Shown: in pieces, positions 1 through 9,036 of the stretch
Position numbering within the stretch: the stretch's first letter is position 1
How the letters are laid out: every line of letters starts with the position of its first letter
Virus record (IMG/VR): IMGVR_UViG_3300046007_007030
Source: a virus
Reading direction: 5' to 3' (one strand)
Length of the DNA: 64,000 nucleotides
Translations under genes and position numbers: made by a program
The notes under the pieces: generated by a model
Told to the model about the DNA's origin: nothing
Seen by the model: only the letters and a program-made list of their open reading frames with translations
The model's database searches: none

Positions 1-17
1 TAGGAGCGGTCGCTGCA

Positions 18-1910
18 GTGGGTGCAGCCGGATCTTATCTCATGGGTTCTGGCTCTTCAGAAGAAGAACAGGCTCCGGATGCTAACCTATCTCCCTCGGC
101 TGCAGCTTCTGGATCGACTGGTGCCCCTACAGTAGCAAGTGACACGATGCAGATGGGTGACGTGGGGCTAGGCGCGGGAGCGACTGTAGGCGCTGCAGCT
201 ATCGTGGAGAGAACCACGAGAACTGCCAGACAGAAGGCCATATCAAAAGTCTTGCCTAAAGTTCCCTCCTACTTATCTAAATTCGGAGGCAAACTCGCTA
301 CTACGATAGGCCTAAAGAGTATTCCTATATTCGGAGCTCTCGTGGGTGGATACTTCTCGTTTAGTCGATTCATGTCTGGTGACACTTGGACGTCTATCGG
401 CGCGGAGTTCGTCTCTGGCGTTGCTCCTAACGTCGGTGGCTTAGGTGGTCCGGCTGGATACGTAGCGGGAGTCTCGTCTACTCTCGCCATTCAGGCGTAC
501 TTGATTACCAGAGACATCTACAATGAAGAGAATGCCATCGACATCAGAAACAACGTAGTACCGAACTTCGACGACCTCACGATGTCAGAGAAGACGCAGG
601 TAGTCAAAGACGTCGGCGCGTATGTCGAGTCGTATGTGAATAGTCTCTTGGGTAGAGCCAAGACCGGTGATGCAGCCGTCGCTAATGCGACAGCTTCTTC
701 TACGGCAGGAGCCGGGTCGGCACTTCCGCCGCCGTCTGCTGCACCTCCTGGCGCCGTTCCAGCGGCACCTCCGAGCTCTGCACCTCCTCCTCAAACATCT
801 GGTCCACCTGCTCCTGAGACTCAAGCTCCTCCAGGAGTCACGACTGATACTGCCGCACAAGCCGGAGCAGCATTGGCGGCTGCGGCCCCACCTAATCCGA
901 TACCTGATACTCCTGAAGCTAGACAGCAGATGAGCGACAGACTATACGGACCCACGAGCGCCGGAGTCAATGAGACAGTCGACGCTGAGATTGGCGGAGG
1001 AGTAAGTCCTTCAGACACAGCAGCCTCGTTCTCCACTCAGTCGAACCTAGGAGGTGACATCACTGCTCCTACACCAGGAGCGGCAGGTACCTACAGACCG
1101 ACGTATCCACTCACTGAAGCAGACTTGAGCCCAGACGTGATTAACGTCATCGCTGGTGAGGCGCGTATGAGTGATCCTACTAGCTACTATGCCGTCATCA
1201 ATAACATGATGAATAGAGTGGGCGGTCGAGGATACGGGCCTAGTGGTAACCTGAGACAAGTAGCTCGCGCTCCTGGCCAGTATGCCGGTTATAGAAAGGC
1301 GTCACCAGAAGAACAGCAGAAGATCATAGAGGCCATCAAGGCAGTCGCTGCTGGTAACGTACCAGATAACACTAATGGCTCGACTGAGTTTAGAGCTAGG
1401 TGGTACATGCTGGGCGAGGGCAGAGGGAAGACTGCATATAGGACTGCAGTAGAGCAGGGATTCAACGACCAGGGAGGAAACGTCTACTTCAGGAATCCTA
1501 AGGCACAGCTAGGTCCCTACGCTGCTTACTCAGCTGGCAACACTCCGCCAGAGCAGCAAACCTCGGAGTCATCAAAAGTGTCTAAGCCTATGGCAGAAGG
1601 CGCTACAGTCATACCTCTACCATCTGACAAACAGAAGTCCGGTGTCAGCGCAGACTTGAGACCTCCTGAGACTATGTCTGCAATAGATGATGAAAACACT
1701 GAAGACTTTAGTCAGATGCCTATCAACAATAGAAAACAGCAGCCCAACTTAGTGGGCAGTCCGTCAGAGAACATAAGGAATAGACTCATCACTTACAGAC
1801 CATTCATGGAACACATGTTCGGCACGCTGACTGATGAGCTCAGTGCTCACGTCAGTGGTGAAGTCACAGCAGATAAGGCGTTCAAAGACGCCATGAATCC
1901 GTTATCCTGA
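18..1910 (+). CDS. Virion tail/baseplate-associated protein with SleB-like (Hydrolase_2) cell-wall hydrolase domain; probably 5'-truncated by the window edge
   Basis: Gly/Ala-rich hydrophobic N-terminus, Pro-rich linker, then 'VIAGEARM...AVINNMMNRV...VARAPGQY', typical of SleB/CwlJ lytic transglycosylases. Confidence 0.65.
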   Translation: MGAAGSYLMGSGSSEEEQAPDANLSPSAAASGSTGAPTVASDTMQMGDVGLGAGATVGAAAIVERTTRTARQKAISKVLPKVPSYLSKFGGKLATTIGLKSIPIFGALVGGYFSFSRFMSGDTWTSIGAEFVSGVAPNVGGLGGPAGYVAGVSSTLAIQAYLITRDIYNEENAIDIRNNVVPNFDDLTMSEKTQVVKDVGAYVESYVNSLLGRAKTGDAAVANATASSTAGAGSALPPPSAAPPGAVPAAPPSSAPPPQTSGPPAPETQAPPGVTTDTAAQAGAALAAAAPPNPIPDTPEARQQMSDRLYGPTSAGVNETVDAEIGGGVSPSDTAASFSTQSNLGGDITAPTPGAAGTYRPTYPLTEADLSPDVINVIAGEARMSDPTSYYAVINNMMNRVGGRGYGPSGNLRQVARAPGQYAGYRKASPEEQQKIIEAIKAVAAGNVPDNTNGSTEFRARWYMLGEGRGKTAYRTAVEQGFNDQGGNVYFRNPKAQLGPYAAYSAGNTPPEQQTSESSKVSKPMAEGATVIPLPSDKQKSGVSADLRPPETMSAIDDENTEDFSQMPINNRKQQPNLVGSPSENIRNRLITYRPFMEHMFGTLTDELSAHVSGEVTADKAFKDAMNPLS

Positions 1911-3727
1911 TGATCAACGTAGAACTCCAGAGACTAAAGACTCGCGTTGGTAACTCGTTCTTGCGTGCGTTCTATCCTATCGACTATCGCAGTACTCAAA
2001 ACATTATCAGTAATCTCGATAAGCTACTGGAGCGCGAGACCAGAGAACTGCGCACGATGTCTTCTACTACTAGTCAGATAAGTCAGAAGATCGGTAGGAC
2101 TATAAACACTCTGGCAGAAGAAGTTGACAAGAGTCAGAGAGCGCTGGACGACTTACAAAATAAGCTAAGCGCCAGCGACGAGATTTTGCTCGAAAGAATG
2201 ACGCAGATGGAGCAGTCGTCATTAAACCTGAACGGTCTGCTAGGCGCGCTGGCCGGCGCTGGTCTCGGGTCTAGGAGAGGTGATGGGAAGGCGCCAAAAT
2301 CGAAGAGTCCACCGAAAGGAGCTCCTCCTGATAAGTCGCCGAAGACGAAGAGTAGATTCAAGCTGCCTGGAGGACTCGGTCTAGTTGGAACTGCTATAAC
2401 TCTCTGGTCGATGTGGGATGAGTTGAGCTCGCTCGACCCCAATGTGAAGAAAGAAGAGTACAAACAGAATGTAGCTCAGATCATCATAAGAACCGCTGCC
2501 TCAGTAGGACTGATGTACGTAGGCGCAGTAGTAGGAGGCATAGTCGCAGGAGCGATCGCTGGTCCTGGAGCAATAGTAGGATTCATAGGCGGCCTATTAG
2601 GCGGCGCTGCCCTAGACTTCTTTTACGGAGACAGCGTAGACGATATCGTAAATCAAGTCGTCGACTATCTCTATACTGGAGACGATGAAGAGACTCCACA
2701 GCCGACGGAAGAAGACGTCAAGGCCGTCGAAGACGCGACAGTCTCTATGAGAGAGACTACTGCGCCTCCTCTACAGCCTCCACAAAACGTAGCGCCAGAG
2801 ATGAGTGCAGCAGCTGCTGCAGCGGCTGCTACGGGTATAAGTTCAGAGACTAGAGCCCAGTTCGTCGGCCCTCCTATAGCAGGACCTACACCTCCGGTAC
2901 CTCCTGCCTTCCAAGTAGTCGACGGTCCTGTCATGGATCCTGCTCCAATAGAAGAGATAGACTTCGAGCCTCCAATAAATGAGACTTCTAGAGGTCTGGA
3001 TTCTCAAAAAGTAGTCGACGATGCTCTGCGCAGGGCTAAGACTATCGTAGATCAGAATGAAGAAGAAGCGGGAGGTATCACTGATCCTAACGACACTACT
3101 GCGACTATCGACACGAGCCAGAATTTAGCAGGTGGAACAGAAGAGCAAGCGATAAGACCCTCGCAGTCTGTGACTGGAGGGGCTGAGCTAGTTTTTCAGT
3201 TACAGGGGAAGAATAGGTCAGGCATGCCAAATGCCGACGTGTTGAATCTAGTGGCAGCAGCTGCGGCGTCTGTCGGCATGGAGAAGATAGCCGTAACTAG
3301 CGGCAAGGGCGATTACATCAGTCCTGCTGGAAGAGCCAAGGGGCAGAAGTCGACTTTCCACTCGACTGGTAAGGCCGTAGACGTGGCTGGATTTAGCAGC
3401 CAGCAACAGAAAATAGCATTCGCACAGGCAGCTATATCATTGGGAGCCGGTGGCATAGGAGCCTACAGAAATGGATCTCTTCACGTAGACACTGGACCTA
3501 GGAGGTCTTGGAATTGGGGTGATCCTAACTTCCCGAAGCTAGCCGAAGGCGCGAAGATCGAACCAACTAATGGAGGTACTCTGGCCCTCATTGGCGAGGC
3601 CGGAGAGCCAGAGTACGTCGTACCTCAGAGCAAAGCCATTAAGTTCGCTCATGAGATGATCTCGGCACAACCACGTTACAAAACTAAGAAGCATACTCAC
3701 TACGTGATCGTGCCGATTCTCTCTTAA
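1910..3727 (+). CDS. Tail/tape-measure-like protein with C-terminal peptidase M15 (Zn peptidoglycan peptidase) domain
   Basis: Coiled-coil N-terminus, hydrophobic segments, 'STFHSTGKAVDV...GIGAY..SLHVDTG' M15 motif, 'GEAGEPEYVVP' tape-measure-type motif. Confidence 0.65.
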   Translation: MINVELQRLKTRVGNSFLRAFYPIDYRSTQNIISNLDKLLERETRELRTMSSTTSQISQKIGRTINTLAEEVDKSQRALDDLQNKLSASDEILLERMTQMEQSSLNLNGLLGALAGAGLGSRRGDGKAPKSKSPPKGAPPDKSPKTKSRFKLPGGLGLVGTAITLWSMWDELSSLDPNVKKEEYKQNVAQIIIRTAASVGLMYVGAVVGGIVAGAIAGPGAIVGFIGGLLGGAALDFFYGDSVDDIVNQVVDYLYTGDDEETPQPTEEDVKAVEDATVSMRETTAPPLQPPQNVAPEMSAAAAAAAATGISSETRAQFVGPPIAGPTPPVPPAFQVVDGPVMDPAPIEEIDFEPPINETSRGLDSQKVVDDALRRAKTIVDQNEEEAGGITDPNDTTATIDTSQNLAGGTEEQAIRPSQSVTGGAELVFQLQGKNRSGMPNADVLNLVAAAAASVGMEKIAVTSGKGDYISPAGRAKGQKSTFHSTGKAVDVAGFSSQQQKIAFAQAAISLGAGGIGAYRNGSLHVDTGPRRSWNWGDPNFPKLAEGAKIEPTNGGTLALIGEAGEPEYVVPQSKAIKFAHEMISAQPRYKTKKHTHYVIVPILS

Positions 3728-4656
3728 GAGTCGCCAGCGAGAGTCTTGAAGAACTCGAGGCTCTCATCATCATCTTCGACCACTGCGCTCTTCTTCGACT
3801 CCTTCGGCGTAGACCAAGGGAGCTCATCGTCGTCGCTCTGCTTAGGAGCAGGAGCGGCCTTACGAGGAGCTGGAGTCTCGACCACGCTGTCAGTCAAGAC
3901 ATCATCGAGACCGAGCACCTTGTAGAGCTTGGCCTTCAGATCGTCGTACGACTTGAAGTTGGAAGGATCGAGGAAGGGCTTCAGCTTGTGCTGCCTCTTC
4001 CAGATCTTCTCGAGCTTGGCGTCGTCGTCGAGCAACGGACCAGACTCAGAGAACTGAGACTTGTCGTAGTTGCGATAGCCCTCGACGTTGCGGATCTTGA
4101 TCTGGAAGTTGGCGCCGTCCCAGAGATCGAACGGGTTCAGCGGCTCCTCGTCCGGGAACTGCGGATGCATGACTTCCTGGAGCTTGTCGAAGATCTTCTT
4201 GCCATACTTGAAGAGAAACACCTTGCCCTCGTTCTCAGGGTTGGCGGGATCCTTCAGCACGATGATGTTGGAGATGTAGGTGAGGCGACGCTTCTGCGCG
4301 CGAGCCTGACGACGCTGAGGAGAGTTGTCGTCCTCGGTAGCGTTCCAGAGCTTGGAGTTGTACTCGCCGACAGGATCCTTCTCGTTAGGACCGAGAGAGG
4401 TGCGGGAGTTCTCGATGTACCATCCGCCTGGTCCCTTGAATCCGTGGTCCCAGATGCGAATGAACGGTACGTCTTCACCCTCGGTTGGGGGGAGGAAGCG
4501 AATCACGGCGTAGCCGTTACCGGCCTTGTCCACGGCCGGATACCAGATACGGTCGTCTGCTGACTGCTGATTGGTCTTGGTGTTGAGCTTATTGAGTTCC
4601 GCGGTGAGTGTCTCGAGCTGAGACGTGCGGTTCTTCTTGAGGGAAGCGAAGTCCAT
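3724..4656 (-). CDS. 32: T4-like single-stranded DNA-binding protein gp32
   Basis: 'DKAGNGYAVIRFLP', 'HGFKGPGGWYIEN', 'FKYGKKIFDK', acidic tail. Confidence 0.97.
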   Translation of the reverse strand: MDFASLKKNRTSQLETLTAELNKLNTKTNQQSADDRIWYPAVDKAGNGYAVIRFLPPTEGEDVPFIRIWDHGFKGPGGWYIENSRTSLGPNEKDPVGEYNSKLWNATEDDNSPQRRQARAQKRRLTYISNIIVLKDPANPENEGKVFLFKYGKKIFDKLQEVMHPQFPDEEPLNPFDLWDGANFQIKIRNVEGYRNYDKSQFSESGPLLDDDAKLEKIWKRQHKLKPFLDPSNFKSYDDLKAKLYKVLGLDDVLTDSVVETPAPRKAAPAPKQSDDDELPWSTPKESKKSAVVEDDDESLEFFKTLAGDS

Positions 4657-4756
4657 AGTATTCTCCGTATTGCGTTGTATATTGCGTATGCTTAATATGC
4701 GGGCTTACGCCCATTCTATATATCATGCCAGGGCAAAAGATGGAACAGAAAAATTA

Positions 4757-5332
4757 TCAGTTCCTCACGTATTTCTTGAGAACGATCTCTCGAAACTTGT
4801 CCTTCTCGAACTTGAGAAACGGTCTGTACTTGACCAGCTTTCTCCTGATAGTAGGCCACATGACGGTGTCCTCTATCTTCTTATCCCAAGCCTCGATGAT
4901 GTTAGCCAAGGAGTCTATCACTAGGATAGTCTCGGCAGACACCTTCTTCTGCATGTACATCTTCAGTAGTTGAGGGTGTTGCCCGTCTTCTACCTTGACG
5001 GCCTGCTTCAAGTCCTCGATCTTCTCGAGCTCCTCGCTGAACCTGTAGGTCAGCGACTGCGTCCTCTTTACCCAATCACGATATACTCGCTCGGCGTCTT
5101 CTTGTGTGAGGTCGCGCGAGTAGCTCTTGTCGTTCTCGAGAAAGTTGGCGACTAGGAATTCCAATAGGTCTTCCTTGCGCGCCAGCTTCTCGAAGAAGTA
5201 CCTGTCCTTACGAGCGTAGAAGGACTCCAGCTTAGCCGGCACCTTACCGCGATACTTGAAGTAGTCGTATCCGTCACGCTCGAAGTGGTTTTTCACCGCC
5301 AGGTAGGTGGTGTATGCCTCGAATGGATTCAT
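4757..5332 (-). CDS. 59: Helicase loader gp59
   Basis: 'YLAVKNHF...YDYFKYRGK...KDRYFFEKL'; adjacent to gene 32. Confidence 0.92.
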   Translation of the reverse strand: MNPFEAYTTYLAVKNHFERDGYDYFKYRGKVPAKLESFYARKDRYFFEKLARKEDLLEFLVANFLENDKSYSRDLTQEDAERVYRDWVKRTQSLTYRFSEELEKIEDLKQAVKVEDGQHPQLLKMYMQKKVSAETILVIDSLANIIEAWDKKIEDTVMWPTIRRKLVKYRPFLKFEKDKFREIVLKKYVRN

Positions 5333-5470
5333 AATTTACTCTCTCATATCCAGCGAATGGTCCACCATGAATGCAGTCGATGTAGTCTTTATGACGCCAG
5401 CACTTATGACAACATGGACAATAGCATTGCACATATAGATGTGGATCATCTATATGATTAAGTCTTCGCT

Positions 5471-5710
5471 TCATATAGGAAGGTGTGCGGTCTTCGGAAT
5501 AAAGTTGAGAGCCTCGGCCTCCAATTGAATGTTGGCCTTAACGACAGTAGACATCTTGATGATGTTAGCCACCGTCTCGATCTCCATGTTGTTCTTCTCG
5601 GCATAGTGAATGGCGGCGTCTATATAAGGAATGTCTTTCTCCATAACGAGCTTCTCTATACCACGAAGGATCTCAGAAGACGACCTCATTGACTTGATAT
5701 TGACTTTCAT
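5471..5710 (-). CDS. 33: Late transcription coactivator gp33
   Basis: 'IEKLV..KDIPYIDAAIHYAEKNNMEIE...EAEALNF..K...LPI'; synteny with 59/32; start taken at ATG 5710. Confidence 0.85.
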   Translation of the reverse strand: MKVNIKSMRSSSEILRGIEKLVMEKDIPYIDAAIHYAEKNNMEIETVANIIKMSTVVKANIQLEAEALNFIPKTAHLPI

Positions 5711-5712
5711 TC

Positions 5713-5928
5713 TCAGGCGTCTTTCTTCGATACGAAGGCATTGAGAGTCTCGGCCGCCTTGATGACGTCCTCGACTGATACTACTGGAACTGTCGGGAAG
5801 GAAACCTTCATGTCGTCGCGGATCAAGTGCCAATCGTTTTCTAGGCGAATGCGCTCCGACATTACTCGCTCGTTCTCGATCTGTTGAGCGAGCTTGAGCA
5901 GCTCGAGTCGAATCTCAAAGGGGTTCAT
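5713..5928 (-). CDS. Conserved phage hypothetical protein
   Basis: AGGAG RBS; 'NPFEIRLELLKLA...EDVIKAAETLNAFVS'. Confidence 0.7.
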   Translation of the reverse strand: MNPFEIRLELLKLAQQIENERVMSERIRLENDWHLIRDDMKVSFPTVPVVSVEDVIKAAETLNAFVSKKDA

Positions 5929-5949
5929 GATATACTCCTGTGTTTATGT

Positions 5950-6279
5950 TGAGAGTGGTGGGTTTATTCTGTTTCCAAGTCAAACCCACCGAAAACTCAT
6001 GTCAGGCCGCTAGGGCGAGACGAGGTGCATAGTTGTCGTTTGCACTTAACGTTTTGCGCTTGACGTAGTCGCCTACGATTATCTCCAGTCGCCTATTACA
6101 CTCTTGTCGAATCCTAAGCTCGCCCCCATCAAGAACACACCGATTATCATATCTCATCGGCTAGCACGATATAAGACCACACGCTCTATTCGGTGGCTGG
6201 TGTGTTCGTGGTGGAGGCGCCGGGAGTTGCACCCGGGTCCAAGTAGTCTTTCAACTTCCTTCTACGATAATTCTGTCTT
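5950..6279 (-). ncRNA. ssrA: Two-piece (circularly permuted) tmRNA, alphaproteobacterial type
   Basis: Acceptor piece ends in T-arm CCGGG-TGCAACT-CCCGG-CGCCTCC-ACCA (6209). A paired intervening segment follows, then the coding piece starts GGGGGCG..GGATTCGAC at 6127 (G3:U70 Ala identity). Tag ORF 6043-6002 = ANDNYAPRLALAA*. Outer ends approximate. Confidence 0.92.
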
Positions 6280-6300
6280 GTCAATCCTAGTTCACTCCCA

Positions 6301-6432
6301 TCAAAGATGCATCTTTGGCCATTTTAGATGAGCCTCAGCATATTTCTTTCCCATCGTCTCAGAATCAACCAATATTGTTACTTTGACGTTGGTTTCAAGA
6401 ATAATAAATTCTTCGATCTTTTTAAGTTTCAT
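6301..6432 (-). CDS. 43-aa ORF inside the duplicated tmRNA locus (MKLKKIEEFIILETNVKVTILVDSETMGKKYAEAHLKWPKMHL)
   Basis: Translated by hand; bounded by the 13-bp direct repeat GATGCATCTTTGG (6306-6318, 6433-6445). Confidence 0.4.
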   Translation of the reverse strand: MKLKKIEEFIILETNVKVTILVDSETMGKKYAEAHLKWPKMHL

Positions 6433-6442
6433 GATGCATCTT

Positions 6443-6500
6443 TGGTGGAGGCGCCGGAGTTGCACCTGGGTTCAAGTACCTTCTACGATAATTCTATTCG
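6443..6500 (-). repeat. Second, slightly degenerate copy of the tmRNA acceptor piece
   Basis: GAATTATCGTAGAAGG...CCCAGGTGCAACTCCGGCGCCTCCACCA duplicates 6209-6275, with a 1-nt deletion in the T-stem. Confidence 0.85.
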
Positions 6501-6504
6501 CTAT

Positions 6505-6723
6505 TTATGTCTTGTCCATCAAATTCTTGGAGTCTACCTTGCCCTTAGCACCTCTGATGGACCCGTCTTTCAATATTGAGATGACCTTGTACTTCTCTAA
6601 GTAGGAGAACGCTCCTTCTATTCCTAGGAGGATGCCGTCTTGCCTGCCTCTCGAGTGACTAAGGTACGCGCAAGCCCCGAAGCAGCCGACGATAGCGGCG
6701 ATCATCCAGTATTCTAAGTACAT
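6505..6723 (-). CDS. Small membrane protein, hypothetical
   Basis: N-terminal hydrophobic helix; GAGG RBS. Confidence 0.65.
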   Translation of the reverse strand: MYLEYWMIAAIVGCFGACAYLSHSRGRQDGILLGIEGAFSYLEKYKVISILKDGSIRGAKGKVDSKNLMDKT

Positions 6724-7511
6724 GTCTCATTCCTCTCTATCAGGCCGCGGAAGTACTCTTGCGTGTGACCGTGCCTGGCGTGATAGCCCTTGAAGTAGTC
6801 CCTCGCTACTTCTATATAGTCTTGGGTGTCCTTGTGAAACACCTGCATACCCTCTGGGGAGGAGATCAGCACTGCGAACTTTTCAATCGGCCTACCGAAC
6901 CTCTCTCGTAGCATCAGAGCGTAGGCGGTCGCCTGAATAAAGTAGTTCTCGATCCACTCCTCTTTCTTCAACTTCGAGGATGACTTGAAGTCCACGACTG
7001 TGGGCTTCCCATCGAATACGCAGAAGCAGTCACACCTGCCGGCCACTCCTAAGTCGAGAGAGTACATCGGAAATTCTTGAGCATATACTACACTGATTCG
7101 CTCATCGAGTACAGGCTTCATTTTAGAGAAGAGCTCGAGCTCTCCAGGAAACGCCTTGCGATCGTAGTCAGGCACATTGTCTAGGTAGTTCTCGCACATC
7201 GTGTGTAGTCTAGTACCGAGAGAGGCGGCCTCACGACCTATCCTGTTAGCCTCTTCCTCGCCGACTCTACGGCGCCACTCCATCAGCGAGTCCTTCTTCA
7301 TATCCCCGAGAGCGGTAGTCACAGACGGAAAGAGGACCCCGTCAGCATTCTCGTACAGACGGAATCCTCCCTCGAGTGTGTGAGACTTTAGTTCTTCAAA
7401 TGATAGGCGCTGGTGTAAGAACTCCTTACGCGTATCCGAGATTTGTCTTAGCGATGATGTAGTCACGTACCAATCCTGATCTGACGATGTCGTCTTTACC
7501 GAATTCAACAT
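6714..7511 (-). CDS. PD-(D/E)xK (Cas4/RecB-like) exonuclease of T4-like phages; start uncertain
   Basis: 'PSVTT', 'WRRRVGEEEAN', 'GTRLH', 'AGRCDC', 'VDFKSS', 'YFIQATAYA'. Confidence 0.88.
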   Translation of the reverse strand: MLNSVKTTSSDQDWYVTTSSLRQISDTRKEFLHQRLSFEELKSHTLEGGFRLYENADGVLFPSVTTALGDMKKDSLMEWRRRVGEEEANRIGREAASLGTRLHTMCENYLDNVPDYDRKAFPGELELFSKMKPVLDERISVVYAQEFPMYSLDLGVAGRCDCFCVFDGKPTVVDFKSSSKLKKEEWIENYFIQATAYALMLRERFGRPIEKFAVLISSPEGMQVFHKDTQDYIEVARDYFKGYHARHGHTQEYFRGLIERNETCT

Positions 7512-8181
7512 AAGCGAAGTTGCGTAATTTGTCAACTATGTCCATGAACTTCAACAACCCATTACGATCCTCGCTCTTGACCAGATCCGACTGTCTGAAG
7601 TCACCGCAGAATATGATCCTGCAGTTCTTACCGACTCGAGTGATGACCGAGTCTATCTCATGGAAAGTCATGTTCTCGACTTCGTCTACTATGATGACGG
7701 AGTCGTTGATGGTGGTTCCTCTGATGAATGATGTAGTGATGAAGTTTATGATCTTCTTTTGCTTGAGTACGTCGTATGCGTCTCCGCGATTGAAGAGGTC
7801 CTTCGCGATCGGGAAGTACGGCATCTCATAGGCTCTAGACTTCTCGCCCTGGTTGCCAGGTAGAAAGCCCATGTCGCGAGTAGGAACGACAGAGCGAACG
7901 ATAGTAACATCATTGTAGGCCTCCTTGTTAATCACGTCTTCGAGTGCTAGGTACATCGAGATGAAGGTCTTGCCAGTTCCGGCCATGCCGTGAAGCATCA
8001 GGTTCTTGCCGACCTCGTAGGCCTCGAATGTCTTCTGCTGATTCTCAGTCAATGGCATGACTCGCTTCAGCATCATATTTCCTAGGCCGCGACGAGCCTG
8101 ATTGGGATCGTAGTGAAGTTTCTCCTTCTTTTTGAGCTGTCTTTTTTGTTTTCTTGTTAGCTCTTGGATCTCTTCGTACAT
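7426..8181 (-). CDS. phoH: PhoH-family ATPase
   Basis: 'GMAGTGKT', 'MGFLPG', 'FIRGTT', 'IIFCGDFRQSDL', 'DIVRSGLV'. Confidence 0.96.
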   Translation of the reverse strand: MYEEIQELTRKQKRQLKKKEKLHYDPNQARRGLGNMMLKRVMPLTENQQKTFEAYEVGKNLMLHGMAGTGKTFISMYLALEDVINKEAYNDVTIVRSVVPTRDMGFLPGNQGEKSRAYEMPYFPIAKDLFNRGDAYDVLKQKKIINFITTSFIRGTTINDSVIIVDEVENMTFHEIDSVITRVGKNCRIIFCGDFRQSDLVKSEDRNGLLKFMDIVDKLRNFAYVEFGKDDIVRSGLVRDYIIAKTNLGYA

Positions 8182-8188
8182 GGAACTC

Positions 8189-8443
8189 CTAGAACGTGTT
8201 AATCGTTGACTTACTCAACCCTCCCGAGTGTCGCTTCTTCATATCCTTGAGTAGATCTCTAAATCCCGAGTCGGGCTTGTTCTTCACCCCCTTGACCGAT
8301 AGACTGGTGGGGTCGAGGAGAGGCGTAGGATAAAGTACTTGTTGCACATCCGGATTACTACGTAAGTACTCGGCGTGCTCGCTCATGCTCATGAATTCTG
8401 ACCACTCTTTACCAGTGGAGTCAGTGAATGTGTAAGTCGGCAT
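8189..8443 (-). CDS. FmdB-like small protein of T4-like phages
   Basis: 'MPTYTF...YLRSNP...KPDSGFRDLL'. Confidence 0.6.
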   Translation of the reverse strand: MPTYTFTDSTGKEWSEFMSMSEHAEYLRSNPDVQQVLYPTPLLDPTSLSVKGVKNKPDSGFRDLLKDMKKRHSGGLSKSTINTF

Positions 8444-8594
8444 CAGGTGTCATAATCCTCGTCTTCGTCCTTGCGCTTCTTCTTGGCGAACTCCGCGATT
8501 CGCTTGGCGCGACGATTGTCCTTATTCTGGTGTGGCGCGAAGTAGTTACCATACTCGGCGTCGTTGTACTCAGACTCTTTATGAAAGATCTTGT

Positions 8595-9026
8595 TCATAT
8601 CAGTGCTGCCTCATTGATCAGACCAGGGAATGCCTCCTGTACTAACTTCTCAGAGATGCCTTTGAACGGGAGCTTCTTATCCTTGACAGAGGCCATGAGC
8701 TGAGCTTCTTTAGGAGACAGCGTCTCGAGTAGTTGAATGAACAGGAACTCGCGACGAATCTGCTTTAGATTAGGGTTGCCGCCTTCCACGAATAGGTAGA
8801 GTCGACGGGCCTCGTTGTAGAGGTTGCCCTCTTGATCGAGGTACTTGGTAGGATTGTACGGGACTTCTCCCTCCGGTAGGAGCCACTTGATTCTCTGATC
8901 ATAGGTCCACTGGAGGATCTTCAGCATCACCATGTTGCTCACGTTCTCGCGAAGCTTGGCGATCTTATCTTCTTTCTTTTTCAAAGCAGAGATCTCTTCT
9001 AGAATCTCCGCTACGCTCTTACGCAT
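8595..9026 (-). CDS. Conserved T4-like hypothetical protein
   Basis: 'WLLPEGEVPY...RREFLFIQLLETL...AFPGL'; usual neighbour of rnh. Confidence 0.75.
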   Translation of the reverse strand: MRKSVAEILEEISALKKKEDKIAKLRENVSNMVMLKILQWTYDQRIKWLLPEGEVPYNPTKYLDQEGNLYNEARRLYLFVEGGNPNLKQIRREFLFIQLLETLSPKEAQLMASVKDKKLPFKGISEKLVQEAFPGLINEAALI

Positions 9027-9036
9027 GATTATCTCC

